Positions 17,760-26,678 of a stretch of DNA of 31,251 nucleotides are shown one piece after another; position 1 is the first letter of the stretch, and every line of letters begins with the position of its first letter. Source of the DNA: a virus (lineage: Duplodnaviria; Caudoviricetes). Under the pieces are notes generated by a model that worked only from the letters and a program-made list of their open reading frames with translations, did no database searches and had not been told where the DNA came from. Both the position numbers and the translations under genes were made by a program. The stretch spans positions 1-31,251 of the IMG/VR virus record IMGVR_UViG_3300031260_000033; one strand, given 5' to 3'.

Positions 17760-18884
17760 TTAATCTACTCCTGCCATTTTCTTTGCTATATCTACCGGCT
17801 TTCCGGCATTTACAAGCGATTCAAAGTAAATCTGCCTTGCGTCTTCTGCGCTTTCAGCCACTTTCTTTCCGGGCAGACTATGCGCGCCTGACGCCCCCGA
17901 CTCTTTCACAATTGCGTCAATATAGTCCTGTTCTGCCTTGATTGCGGCTTCAATTGCTTTGTCAAACTCAACTGTATCGAGTTTGTCATCATTTACAGGC
18001 ACATCTATGAGCGATTCTACAACGCGCTTCTGTGACATTGCCGGAAGTTTGGACTCAGCAAGTTTAGCAAGTGTATATGTCCTTGATTCCTGCCGGATAA
18101 GTTTCTCAGAAGTTGCTTTGAGCGCTTCTGTAAGCTTTTTATTCTCAGTCTGCGATTCTGCGAGTTTCTCGGCGAGTTTCTCACCGTCTGCCTCTTTCAT
18201 AATGTCGGCGCGCAGCGCTTCCATTATTTTTGAATTTGCTTTTACGTCTTCAATCGTAAATTTTTCTGGCATTTTAGCCTCCTGTGTTTTAATATGCGAT
18301 TCTGCGAGCGCTTCGCCGAGCGTTCGATAATGCCCGCCTGCACCGGGCACAGTGACAAAGTCCACCGTATTGAGCGGATCGGCGATCAGTTCTTTTATGA
18401 TCGCGCCCTTCTTGCCTTCAGCCTCACCGACTTCAGACACCCCAGATACATAATGAGATATGCCGATGTGCCCCGCCATTGCGCGGATGTCCTCAACGAA
18501 TGCCGGAAGGACTTTAGCGCGTGTGTAAACGCCCGTTCCGTCCCAGCCGGAAGGAACATACTGCCCCGACTCGGTGAAAATAGCTGCAAGTGGCGATTCC
18601 CCCTGCAATGTGCGTGCCGGCTGTGACTCTTCCGCCTCTCTGGTCGGATGGTCAATGTGCATGTGCATTCCGGCAGGATACACCCCGTCCGCGCATGCTT
18701 TCTGCAAGACAGATTCAGAATAATATCCTGAACTGCCCCAGCCCGGCGAAATTACATGAACGTCGATTATCAATCCGTCAGACTGTGCCTCTGAGATGCG
18801 GAATTTATATCCGTCGCCCATAAAAGATTCAGTCTTTTTTTCCGGATCGGCGATGCGTGCCGCTGTTGTGTTTGGATACGGCAT
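17760..18884 (-). CDS. Prohead protease fused to scaffold
   Basis: PGWGSSGYYS, HIDHP, IGIS and VDFVTVPGAGG, followed by a charged helical C-terminal half. Confidence 0.85.
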   Translation of the reverse strand: MPYPNTTAARIADPEKKTESFMGDGYKFRISEAQSDGLIIDVHVISPGWGSSGYYSESVLQKACADGVYPAGMHMHIDHPTREAEESQPARTLQGESPLAAIFTESGQYVPSGWDGTGVYTRAKVLPAFVEDIRAMAGHIGISHYVSGVSEVGEAEGKKGAIIKELIADPLNTVDFVTVPGAGGHYRTLGEALAESHIKTQEAKMPEKFTIEDVKANSKIMEALRADIMKEADGEKLAEKLAESQTENKKLTEALKATSEKLIRQESRTYTLAKLAESKLPAMSQKRVVESLIDVPVNDDKLDTVEFDKAIEAAIKAEQDYIDAIVKESGASGAHSLPGKKVAESAEDARQIYFESLVNAGKPVDIAKKMAGVD

Positions 18885-18911
18885 TATGCCAGTTAGATAA
18901 TAACTAATATT

Positions 18912-18928
18912 ATAAAAAAGTTTTGTGT
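18912..18928 (-). promoter_or_regulatory. Putative late promoter ACACAAAACTTTTTTAT (copy 1)
   Basis: Identical 17-mer at 22231-22247; ends 27 nt before the protease ATG. Confidence 0.7.
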
Positions 18929-19053
18929 GATCCTATAGGATTTGTTTTTGTTATATTTCAAGAACCACCAGGTAATAGTTGTCTATTCTAATGGTTGTCC
19001 CGGAATTGTCCTTCACAAACTCAAAAAAATCTTCATGTGAACACCTTACAAGA

Positions 19054-19347
19054 CTATTCTTCAATGTCAAACATACCCTTTTCCAGTGCCGCTTTAAACG
19101 CAATGCGCATTTTATCTTGCAGCGAAATCCAAGATGGATGTGGGCCTTTTGGAGTCATCCAATCAACCACTTTATTTGCGTCAATTGGCCTTGCTATTTT
19201 TTCAATCTCGACCGTGTCTTCCTGAACATTTTTAGATACAAATTCAGTATTCTTAAACATCTTCCGGCAGCTTGGGCAGGTAATTGTATGTGCCTGCCCT
19301 TTGTAAGTCCATTTGTGCCCGCAGCGCGGGCATGTTGTCTTTGTCAT
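19054..19347 (-). CDS. Zn-finger protein
   Basis: CPRCGHKWTYKG...ITCPSC, a type common in archaea and their viruses. Confidence 0.8.
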   Translation of the reverse strand: MTKTTCPRCGHKWTYKGQAHTITCPSCRKMFKNTEFVSKNVQEDTVEIEKIARPIDANKVVDWMTPKGPHPSWISLQDKMRIAFKAALEKGMFDIEE

Positions 19348-19538
19348 TCTTTTTCCTCGAAACAGTCAGGATACGACACATATGATTTCTCAATGTGCAA
19401 TATTGGTCTGTGCTCGATTAGTGCCCATACAATCAGATACCCCGTTGCTGCAATTACTCCAGGTATAGATTCAAGCCAGATGAATCCTACATTTGCAATC
19501 AAACATCCAAGTAAAAATATAATTTTATTTTTGCTCAT
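19344..19538 (-). CDS. Small two-TM membrane protein
   Basis: Two hydrophobic stretches; ATGA-coupled on both sides; GAGGTGG RBS. Confidence 0.7.
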   Translation of the reverse strand: MSKNKIIFLLGCLIANVGFIWLESIPGVIAATGYLIVWALIEHRPILHIEKSYVSYPDCFEEKE

Positions 19539-19861
19539 TCCTCAACCACCTCAAGGCAGAATTTTTTATTTTCTAACTGTTTTTTTACCCACACATTTGA
19601 CAAAATCTCAAACACCCCTAACAATTTCAACTGATTTGCATAATATGATATATATTCATCAGTCGTCGCCTCACGTTCTGATGTGGTCTCAAACTCTGCC
19701 CACCCATTTATTGTAGTCCCCTGCCTATAGCCGATGTCCAAAAGATACTTTGTAGCTATTGCACAGCTATCTAAGTGACACCTAAATATTATATATTCAA
19801 GGCCTATCAATTTTCTACGCTCGCGCACAGTTTCAGTTACATACAGTTTTAGTTTCTGCAT
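19535..19861 (-). CDS. Hypothetical protein, first gene of an inserted cassette
   Basis: Has its own TATA element (GTATAAAT) about 25-30 nt upstream. Confidence 0.7.
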   Translation of the reverse strand: MQKLKLYVTETVRERRKLIGLEYIIFRCHLDSCAIATKYLLDIGYRQGTTINGWAEFETTSEREATTDEYISYYANQLKLLGVFEILSNVWVKKQLENKKFCLEVVEE

Positions 19862-19895
19862 ACACTATAATACGCCAAAATAGCATTTATACTTA
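19862..19895 (-). promoter_or_regulatory. Moron promoter, degenerate third copy of the 34-bp element
   Basis: AAGTATAAATGCTATT; 13/14 match to GTATAAATACTATT of the 22505 copy. Confidence 0.6.
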
Positions 19896-19897
19896 TC

Positions 19898-20725
19898 CTA
19901 CTTCTTTTTCTGCCTATAAGATTCCCAGCATCTGCAACCAGAGAAGCGCGGCGGATTCTGATCGCCTGAGGAGTGCGGCTGATTAAGAGGAATCCAGCCG
20001 TCAGCGGTATTTTCGCGGCATTCAGGCGTTACTTTCTCGTCTCTTGAGTTCTGCCATTTTTTCTCAAATACAATGCCTGTATCTGCCATATTGTCAATGA
20101 ATATTCTGTTTCCGGCCTCGTATGCCTGCGCGGCTTCGTGTGTTGCAATTAGCTGTGCCCGCTCGCGTGTGAAGGATTTAAAGCGCTCACTGATAATCTT
20201 ACTTGTCTGATTGTAGCTCCAACCCTGATCAATTGAATGCTCTATAATTGTCTTGAGTCGTTCGCGTGTTGTGTTCTGGATTCCTGAAATATAATCCAAA
20301 CTGCCGCCATACTGCGAGAACCACGCAAGAGCGCGAGGATTATCGAGGTCGAAAGATCCGCCGGCTTCAGGAACAAAAAGACGCTGTGCAACGGCCCCGC
20401 CTTTTAGCATGGCTTCTGTTTCGATTGTGTATATCAATACCTGAAGTTGATCGGTGGTCTCAATCTCAACGCCCTTCCAGGTGCGATCAAAATCACCTAG
20501 CGTAAACTGTCGGTCTTGCTCAATGAGTCTAAGAGAAAAGGCAGTTTGTTTTTTGTTCTCTGGAAAATAATTTTTGTATGATTTAAACTGCCTCTGAAAT
20601 AATGTGTTTTGCTTCCTAAAAAACTTTTTGATTTTAGGTAGGTATTTCCGGCTGATCGCGTCCTGCTCGCGCAATTTGATTGTGCCGATGTTTGCCTCAC
20701 GCAGTTTATCCAGAGTCATGATCAA
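19898..20725 (-). CDS. Minor head protein (MuF/SPP1 gp7-like)
   Basis: RAQLIATHE, KKW...DEKV...C and PPRFSGCRC. Confidence 0.9.
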   Translation of the reverse strand: MIMTLDKLREANIGTIKLREQDAISRKYLPKIKKFFRKQNTLFQRQFKSYKNYFPENKKQTAFSLRLIEQDRQFTLGDFDRTWKGVEIETTDQLQVLIYTIETEAMLKGGAVAQRLFVPEAGGSFDLDNPRALAWFSQYGGSLDYISGIQNTTRERLKTIIEHSIDQGWSYNQTSKIISERFKSFTRERAQLIATHEAAQAYEAGNRIFIDNMADTGIVFEKKWQNSRDEKVTPECRENTADGWIPLNQPHSSGDQNPPRFSGCRCWESYRQKKK

Positions 20726-22205
20726 TCAACATCTGTAAATTCTCATTCATCCTCTTAAACGCCTCAGTTGTGGCGGTGTCCTGCATAACGCCGTCTGAAA
20801 TCTCATCAATGTCCTCGTCTGAAATCTCAATATCAAGCGCAGAATAAAGCGCCACGATAACGTCTCTTACTGACATTGTGCCGGCCCAAATCTTACTGTC
20901 AAGCGTTGCCGCGCTTACAATTGCCTGGATTCTGTCATTTACAGATTCCTGAGAGATTGGCGGGAATGATACTTCTACCGGCACATCATGACCTGCAAGT
21001 TTGAATATATATTCGTAAATCTCAGAGAATACACACGACCACATTTCCTGCCTGTTCTCAATCAGCGTCATAAACGGCCCGGTCAGCTCTTTTGCCGTTG
21101 CCAGATTGCCGGTGCTCGGATCGCCTGTGAGAATGGTCTCAGGTACGCCTGTTGCCGCGCAGACCTGCAAGGTGAACAGTCTGCTGTCCTTCGGACCAAC
21201 GACTTTATTTCCGCCAGCGTCTACTACCTTAAACTCATTCCCCCCGCCCATTGTAAGCATACTGCCGGAAGGATTGCTTTGTAGCGGCGTGTTCATGTTT
21301 GCGCTGCTGCCGGAGAACTGTGCGCCGATTGCGTTTATTGTCGCCTGATTTGTGGAAGGCGTTTGTACAAGCGTTGAATATTTCCGGATTGCCCGAACTA
21401 CTGCGCCCCAGTCCTCAAGGAACTGGCACTGCGCTTTCGCCCATCTGTAAGCGGCGGCAATGTCAGTTATCCCGAATCCAATAGAGTCTATTTTATTCAC
21501 GCAAACGTGATAAATTACCACGCTGTCATCTATTGAAGTGTCTTTTACGTTGCGTCTTCTTACAGTGTTCCGGAAGTCCGGATATTTAACAGTCTTGTCT
21601 GCATATTTCCGGACGTAATAAAGAGGCTTGTAGCAGTCGTTCGGATCGGTCTCAATTTCGACAATCTCTTCTGCCGGAATGATTCTGATCGCAACTGGCT
21701 TTGCTGTCCTGTATATGGCAATAAATAGATTTGCGCCTTTCTGCAACGTTCTGTCGTTGTGCTCAATGGCCTGCTGATTCGTGAATGTGCTTTTGTTATA
21801 TGGATCATAGATCACAGGATCAAGCACAGATTCTTTCAGTTCAATATAATCTTCAGGCACATTGATCTCAAATCCTTTTGAGAATGTGAAGAGCGTCCGG
21901 ACATCGATCACGCGCTTGATTAGCGGATTGAAGATATAATAATAGTCGGAAATATCGGCATACGCATCTACGTTTGATTTGGTCAGATGCTGCATATTGC
22001 GTCCGGAAATCAACTGCCAGCCACGGTCTTTTGTAGTACGCCAATCATAAAGGCCCGTTGCCGCGCTTTCTTCCAGTTTGTCCTGTAGTTTAGTTATTTG
22101 GTGATTTAAGCCCTGCTGCACGGCCACCTGGTCTTTCAGGATGCCGGACAGTTCAGAGATTCTGTTCTCGGCTCTCGTCAGAGCCTGCGATTTAAATAAA
22201 GACAT
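20706..22205 (-). CDS. Portal protein
   Basis: 499 aa after TerL; NPLIKR, ATGVPETILTGDPSTGNLATAKEL, VSFPPI. Confidence 0.9.
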   Translation of the reverse strand: MSLFKSQALTRAENRISELSGILKDQVAVQQGLNHQITKLQDKLEESAATGLYDWRTTKDRGWQLISGRNMQHLTKSNVDAYADISDYYYIFNPLIKRVIDVRTLFTFSKGFEINVPEDYIELKESVLDPVIYDPYNKSTFTNQQAIEHNDRTLQKGANLFIAIYRTAKPVAIRIIPAEEIVEIETDPNDCYKPLYYVRKYADKTVKYPDFRNTVRRRNVKDTSIDDSVVIYHVCVNKIDSIGFGITDIAAAYRWAKAQCQFLEDWGAVVRAIRKYSTLVQTPSTNQATINAIGAQFSGSSANMNTPLQSNPSGSMLTMGGGNEFKVVDAGGNKVVGPKDSRLFTLQVCAATGVPETILTGDPSTGNLATAKELTGPFMTLIENRQEMWSCVFSEIYEYIFKLAGHDVPVEVSFPPISQESVNDRIQAIVSAATLDSKIWAGTMSVRDVIVALYSALDIEISDEDIDEISDGVMQDTATTEAFKRMNENLQMLIDHDSG

Positions 22206-22230
22206 GTCTCACATATAATAGTTGTGTGAG

Positions 22231-22247
22231 ATAAAAAAGTTTTGTGT
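22231..22247 (-). promoter_or_regulatory. Putative late promoter ACACAAAACTTTTTTAT (copy 2)
   Basis: Ends 25 nt before the portal ATG; identical to 18912-18928. Confidence 0.7.
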
Positions 22248-22252
22248 TGGAA

Positions 22253-22480
22253 TTAATTAAAATAACATCTTAAATGCTCAACAAACACATCAAATGTTAT
22301 CTCGTCGTATGCAAAAATGTCTTCACAGTTTACATCTTCAGGATCAGGGAAATCGTTTGCATCTTTCATAATCTCAAATTCGTGTGAATTTTTGAAGTCG
22401 TTAACCTCAAAAATGTTTTTTGTTTCAAGAATTTCTTCTATTTTCTATTCATATTCTTTTGTCATATAAAATTTGCACAT
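22253..22480 (-). pseudogene. Acidic 75-codon ORF interrupted by an in-frame TAG (pseudogene or readthrough)
   Basis: MCKFYMTKEYE*KIEEILETKNIFEVNDFKNSHEFEIMKDANDFPDPEDVNCEDIFAYDEITFDVFVEHLRCYFN; TAG at 22445-22447. Confidence 0.65.
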
Positions 22481-22504
22481 TTCAATTACATCCTATGACC
22501 CTGT

Positions 22505-22538
22505 CACAATAATATATTATACTCAATAGTATTTATAC
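22505..22538 (-). promoter_or_regulatory. 34-bp repeated promoter (copy A)
   Basis: GTATAAATACTATTGAGTATAATATATTATTGTG preceded by BRE-like CGAAAG; 33/34 identical to 28429-28462. Confidence 0.8.
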
Positions 22539-22544
22539 CTTTCG

Positions 22545-23978
22545 TCAGATGTAATAATCATCCTCAATAGCCTGCATTACCTGCTTGCCACCGCCAGACA
22601 TTCCACCTTGAGAATACCATATGATCGCCTGGCTGGTGCTATCCACGTCGTCATCGTGTGCAGCGTCCGGAAATCCTACAAGCGTTTCTATATAGTCGTG
22701 CAGCCAATACGCCCCTGCCGGGAAGTGCACCATGCCCGCGCTGAAGAACGGCACGGCTTGGTATGCTCTATCTAACTTACTTCCTTCTGCTTTTGTTCTT
22801 GGTATTGCTACCCACGGAATCATATGTCCGCTGGATTTTATAGATTGGATCAAAGAAATGCCAGAAGCTTTCTTTTCGATCAAAAGAACATTGGGCCGAT
22901 CACGATAATATAATTGCACCACCGTATTTAGTAAATCCGGATACTCTAACTTCTCTTTATACCTATCAAGTAGGAAAAAACCCTGCTGATTGACGCCCCA
23001 TAGTGTATATACTGAATAATCTGGTCCAGAATCTTCTTTTTTCTTCTTTTTTGGTGCTTCGGGATCATCTATCTCATATGCAGTATCCCACGAACCTATC
23101 TTAAATGTGAATTGCATCTGTTGAAGGATGCTTTCAGATATCAATCCTCTGAACCATTCACGCTTAAAGACATTGCCACCGGTCGGTCTAATCTTCCAAT
23201 TGCCGTGCAATAAGCGCTCTTTTTCCACTTCTGGCAATGCTAACAGATTGGCGCGGTATGATGGATCGGCCTTCATCAGGATCGGATTGTCCTCAAGTGT
23301 CGCAGAAATGAAGGTGAATGATCGCGGCGTTAGTTCCGGGTGTGCCGCTTGAAGTTCTTCTTCTGTATCAGCCCATATCAGCTCATTGTTCTCGCGCACA
23401 AAATACCGAATTACGCCAGAGCGCTCTTTGATCGGGTAGCCGTCGTCGCCGATCCACCAATCTATAAATCCAGCCACCCAACTATCCGGATCAGGATTGC
23501 AGGTGGCACGGATATACGGCTTTACGCCGCAAACTGAACGATTGCGTGAAGTCAGATACCAGAACTGCTGCTCAGTGAAATGTGTAAGTTCATCAAACAT
23601 AATCAGGCACAACTGCGCGCCCTGATAGTCAAGTGCGTTTTTCTCATATTCCAAATGAGCAAATTTAAGCCTGTTCGGCGTTTTGGTCCCGGCACACGGG
23701 AAGAGCCATTCCAGCGTGCTTTCTTTTGGTTCGGCTTTGCCGGAATAGATCTTAATTGATTCGTCCCACAGTCCGCCACCACTGCGGATCATGGGCGTTG
23801 TCCGGCGGAAACAGATCGCATTGAAGCCCGGAATCTTTGTGATGTAATGCAACGGCTCAAGCAGCTCAGAAAAGGTCTTGCCACCACCGGCACTCCCACC
23901 GTATATGCAGATGTCCGCGGAGCATGATAGGAAATCTTCCTGCGGCCCCGGCTGCGGCTTGATCTCAGGTCTGCTCAT
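22545..23978 (-). CDS. terL: Terminase large subunit
   Basis: Walker A GGSAGGGKT, Walker B IMFDELTHF, ATCNP, and nuclease motifs SWDTA and HDDDVDS. Confidence 0.97.
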   Translation of the reverse strand: MSRPEIKPQPGPQEDFLSCSADICIYGGSAGGGKTFSELLEPLHYITKIPGFNAICFRRTTPMIRSGGGLWDESIKIYSGKAEPKESTLEWLFPCAGTKTPNRLKFAHLEYEKNALDYQGAQLCLIMFDELTHFTEQQFWYLTSRNRSVCGVKPYIRATCNPDPDSWVAGFIDWWIGDDGYPIKERSGVIRYFVRENNELIWADTEEELQAAHPELTPRSFTFISATLEDNPILMKADPSYRANLLALPEVEKERLLHGNWKIRPTGGNVFKREWFRGLISESILQQMQFTFKIGSWDTAYEIDDPEAPKKKKKEDSGPDYSVYTLWGVNQQGFFLLDRYKEKLEYPDLLNTVVQLYYRDRPNVLLIEKKASGISLIQSIKSSGHMIPWVAIPRTKAEGSKLDRAYQAVPFFSAGMVHFPAGAYWLHDYIETLVGFPDAAHDDDVDSTSQAIIWYSQGGMSGGGKQVMQAIEDDYYI

Positions 23979-24208
23979 TGCTTAGAATCTCTAAGTATAT
24001 CCTCACAAATCGGCCACGTCTGCCGCATGAGTAGGATCTGGTAATCCTCTTTCACCATTCTGAGAGATACCCACCCTTCTTCCTGCTTGTGCTCACTGCG
24101 TGCGATTATGCGCCGTATAAGCCTGTCGTAAGGCTCTTTTGGCACTTTGATCTTGTCCAAATCCGCCTTAGTTCCGGCAGAAATCTGTATTGTCGTTGTT
24201 TCTGTCAT
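23975..24208 (-). CDS. RHH-type DNA-binding protein
   Basis: TTIQISAGTKADLDKIK...EPYDRLIRRII, an archaeal RHH/antitoxin-like pattern. Confidence 0.75.
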   Translation of the reverse strand: MTETTTIQISAGTKADLDKIKVPKEPYDRLIRRIIARSEHKQEEGWVSLRMVKEDYQILLMRQTWPICEDILRDSKQ

Positions 24209-24454
24209 TCAATCCCCATTACAGAAATTGTTCCACGCCTCTAATGCTGCATCTTTTGAATCGCAGCACGCCAAACACCAAATTGCCCATGATTCTGCGT
24301 CATAATATTTTTGATCTGTGGGCTGAACAACACTCCAACATCTTGGACTAAATGCCATTATCTGGTTTATCCAATCTAGTCTGTTCTCTGCTGACCAAGC
24401 GTTTTCAGATATCCAATTTGGAATCTTACCGTCTTTGTTAATTTTTACGCTCAT
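24209..24454 (-). CDS. Hypothetical Trp-rich protein
   Basis: 81 aa, ATGA-coupled to TerS. Confidence 0.7.
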   Translation of the reverse strand: MSVKINKDGKIPNWISENAWSAENRLDWINQIMAFSPRCWSVVQPTDQKYYDAESWAIWCLACCDSKDAALEAWNNFCNGD

Positions 24455-24927
24455 TCAATCGCCTTCGGCTTTACCGTCCCGTCCGGGATCTCTTTCATCA
24501 ATCGCCCATTTGCCGGAAGAACAATAACACTCTGCTGCACTTCGCCGGAATGCTCAATCTCTTGTTTGTCGCGCCATTCGCGCGGCTTTCTGTTCTTCAG
24601 CCAGAATATGCACGCCGTTGTATCTGGCGGAACTTCTTTCTCTTTCACCTGGATTGTCTTCGTGCCGTCTGGATTCTGCGTGATGATCTTCTCTGTTGTG
24701 ATATACCCTTTAGCGCGTTTTAAAAGCGCGTTTTCCACTTCAAAGTCAACGGGCGCTTTTCCGCGTTTTAAGGCCTCTAAAAATTCAGAGTATTTTATTT
24801 TATATGTTTCTAATGTCGCAACAGATATATTTAATTTTGCGGCAATGTCCTTCTCTATCAGCCCATCCCGTGCATACCCTTCTGCAAGTTGTGGGAATAG
24901 ATCAGGATCATACTTGCATTTTGCCAT
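24451..24927 (-). CDS. terS: Terminase small subunit
   Basis: HTH (IAAKLNISVATL), VENALLKRAKGY and PPDTTACIFWLKNRKPREWRDK. Confidence 0.85.
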   Translation of the reverse strand: MAKCKYDPDLFPQLAEGYARDGLIEKDIAAKLNISVATLETYKIKYSEFLEALKRGKAPVDFEVENALLKRAKGYITTEKIITQNPDGTKTIQVKEKEVPPDTTACIFWLKNRKPREWRDKQEIEHSGEVQQSVIVLPANGRLMKEIPDGTVKPKAIE

Positions 24928-25262
24928 TACTCGGCCTTACCGCCGCCGGAAATCTGCCCCCACTCAATAATATAGTACCCCTTTGAATAATCGATCTGAT
25001 ACCTCCATTTCCCGGCGTCCTCTGCTTCATCAATCTGCTTTGTCATTGCCGCCTGATCTGCAAGTGATTCGCCTTTGAGTAAAAACGACTTAACAGAATC
25101 CGACATCACATAAGAGCGCTTCGGCACGCCTGCTGGCGGCGTTGTAACGGTCGATTCCGGGTCAAAATAGTTTATTACCTGACTTTTCTGATGCTGCTGA
25201 TACAAGCCCCACAACACGCCCGCAATGGTTGTAATGGCTGTCACTAATGTAGCTTCGTCCAT
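24927..25262 (-). CDS. Protein with N-terminal TM helix (holin-like or membrane anchor)
   Basis: LVTAITTIAGVLWGLY followed by a soluble domain; TAATG-coupled to TerS. Confidence 0.65.
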   Translation of the reverse strand: MDEATLVTAITTIAGVLWGLYQQHQKSQVINYFDPESTVTTPPAGVPKRSYVMSDSVKSFLLKGESLADQAAMTKQIDEAEDAGKWRYQIDYSKGYYIIEWGQISGGGKAE

Positions 25263-25376
25263 GTAATATATCTGCGCGCTTAAAATAGATATTTGTTTCG
25301 GTGGTATGCAGGAACCGATATTAGAGGTGGTTTAAATTATGGCAAGTGCCGGCTCTTCCGTCCGGCAATACTATAT

Positions 25377-25993
25377 CTACCCGAAATCACTTAAAGATTT
25401 CTGTTTAATTTTCATAAATCCAATTGGAATATCCATTCTATTGTTGCGGCTCGGCCCACTTCCATCTACTGAATCTGCACCGCATTTTTCAGCTCGAATA
25501 TAATTTTTTATTGTGCCTACTCTACCTATGTGGCACAATATATTATTTTTATGCGCGAATTCACACCATTCGCGCGCAGTTCGCCATTTCCAATCAATTG
25601 ATCCACCTACAAAAATACCTGCAATGCCATCTATACTAACATCCTGTGTGGTCATCCCGTCCTGAACAGGCAAATATTTTGCCCATCCGCTCGGCAAATT
25701 ATGAATATGATCCATTGAAAAATCTAAAGACTTTTTTCCACCGCACACAATATCCGGAACAACAACAAAATATAAGGAACGATTTTTTCTTTTTGCATTC
25801 GCTCAACTACAGAATAAAATAATAGTTCGTCCCAGCATGTTCTGTTTTTCCATGCAATAAACGCGCCATTATCCAAAATATATGATATATCTGTCGGATT
25901 TCGCCAATACGACGGACTTGATAATATGCCTATGTTGTGATTGCGACAGATATTCCTAATGCGCTCACATCCATCAGCGCCAAATATCTTCAT
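25377..25993 (-). pseudogene. TGT-fold (DpdA-like) base-exchange protein, frameshifted near 25771-25775
   Basis: The two ORFs join into about 205 aa with LDNGAF, FVVVPDIV, PVQDG, IFVGGS, HIGRV and DSVDGS motifs. Confidence 0.7.
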
Positions 25994-26366
25994 ATTGTAT
26001 AGTTTCTATTTTTATTTTTTCTTCTTCTTTGCCCAGATATTTTTCAGTTTTTGCACGCTTCAGCAACCTAAACCAATCTTCCGCGTCCATAGTAATTTTC
26101 CACTTCTCGCCGTTCTTCCTGTGTGCCACAATAGGCGTTTCACCGTCTTTTGCGTCATTCTGCGCCTGTTTCAGCGCCCTATCAATATTTAGCGCCTGCA
26201 CGCGCTTTACTTCAATGTGAATGCCTGGAATCCCTACTACATCCGCGTCACCGTTTGATCCACAGAACTGCTGCCCTCGCCTTGCGTCTGAGTAGCCATG
26301 ATCGCGCATGAGTTGAGCGAACTCTCTTTCGCCTCGGCAGCCCTTGGCCTTACTGTTTATTGACAA
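25974..26366 (-). CDS. Holliday junction resolvase-like PD-(D/E)xK nuclease
   Basis: SKAKGCRGERE, RRGQQF, ADV and IEVKR. Confidence 0.85.
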   Translation of the reverse strand: MSINSKAKGCRGEREFAQLMRDHGYSDARRGQQFCGSNGDADVVGIPGIHIEVKRVQALNIDRALKQAQNDAKDGETPIVAHRKNGEKWKITMDAEDWFRLLKRAKTEKYLGKEEEKIKIETIQYEDIWR

Positions 26367-26473
26367 AATTCACACCATACAATAGCACATAATACTGCTG
26401 CAAGATATGCAATCGACACAGATAATATTGCAAGCCAAATTGCTTTAGAAAATATGTTTCCTTCAGTTTTCAT
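26357..26473 (-). CDS. Single-TM micro-protein (38 aa), not in the ORF track
   Basis: MKTEGNIFSKAIWLAILSVSIAYLAAVLCAIVWCEFCQ; fills the gap and overlaps both neighbours. Confidence 0.55.
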   Translation of the reverse strand: MKTEGNIFSKAIWLAILSVSIAYLAAVLCAIVWCEFCQ

Positions 26474-26678
26474 GCGGATCGCCCCCGATAATATTTCGCC
26501 ACGGCACAGTCTGATACGTCCATCCCGCCCAATCCGGGCAAATATAATGATGCTTGCCTTCCGGCAGCGTCAAATCTACTGGAAGGCCGTAGCAGTTGTA
26601 TGTTCGTGTTTCGTCTTTAGAAAATAGTGTCATTAAATCTTCACCCAGTTTTTCAAATGCGCGTATCAAATTATTCAT
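26463..26678 (-). CDS. Hypothetical protein
   Basis: 71 aa, ATGA-coupled. Confidence 0.65.
   Translation of the reverse strand: MNNLIRAFEKLGEDLMTLFSKDETRTYNCYGLPVDLTLPEGKHHYICPDWAGWTYQTVPWRNIIGGDPHEN

Noticed and set aside
18979-19716. 245-aa plus-strand ORF
   Set aside because: It is antisense to three coupled minus-strand genes that have a promoter and clear motifs, and its composition looks non-coding.
13181-19900. Genome-wide amber reassignment
   Set aside because: Several well-defined genes end in TAG at their expected C-termini, directly before the next gene or promoter.
25346-25367. Hairpin TGCCGG-N9-CCGGCA after the TGT-like gene as an intrinsic terminator
   Set aside because: The stem is short with no adjacent T-tract, too weak to call.
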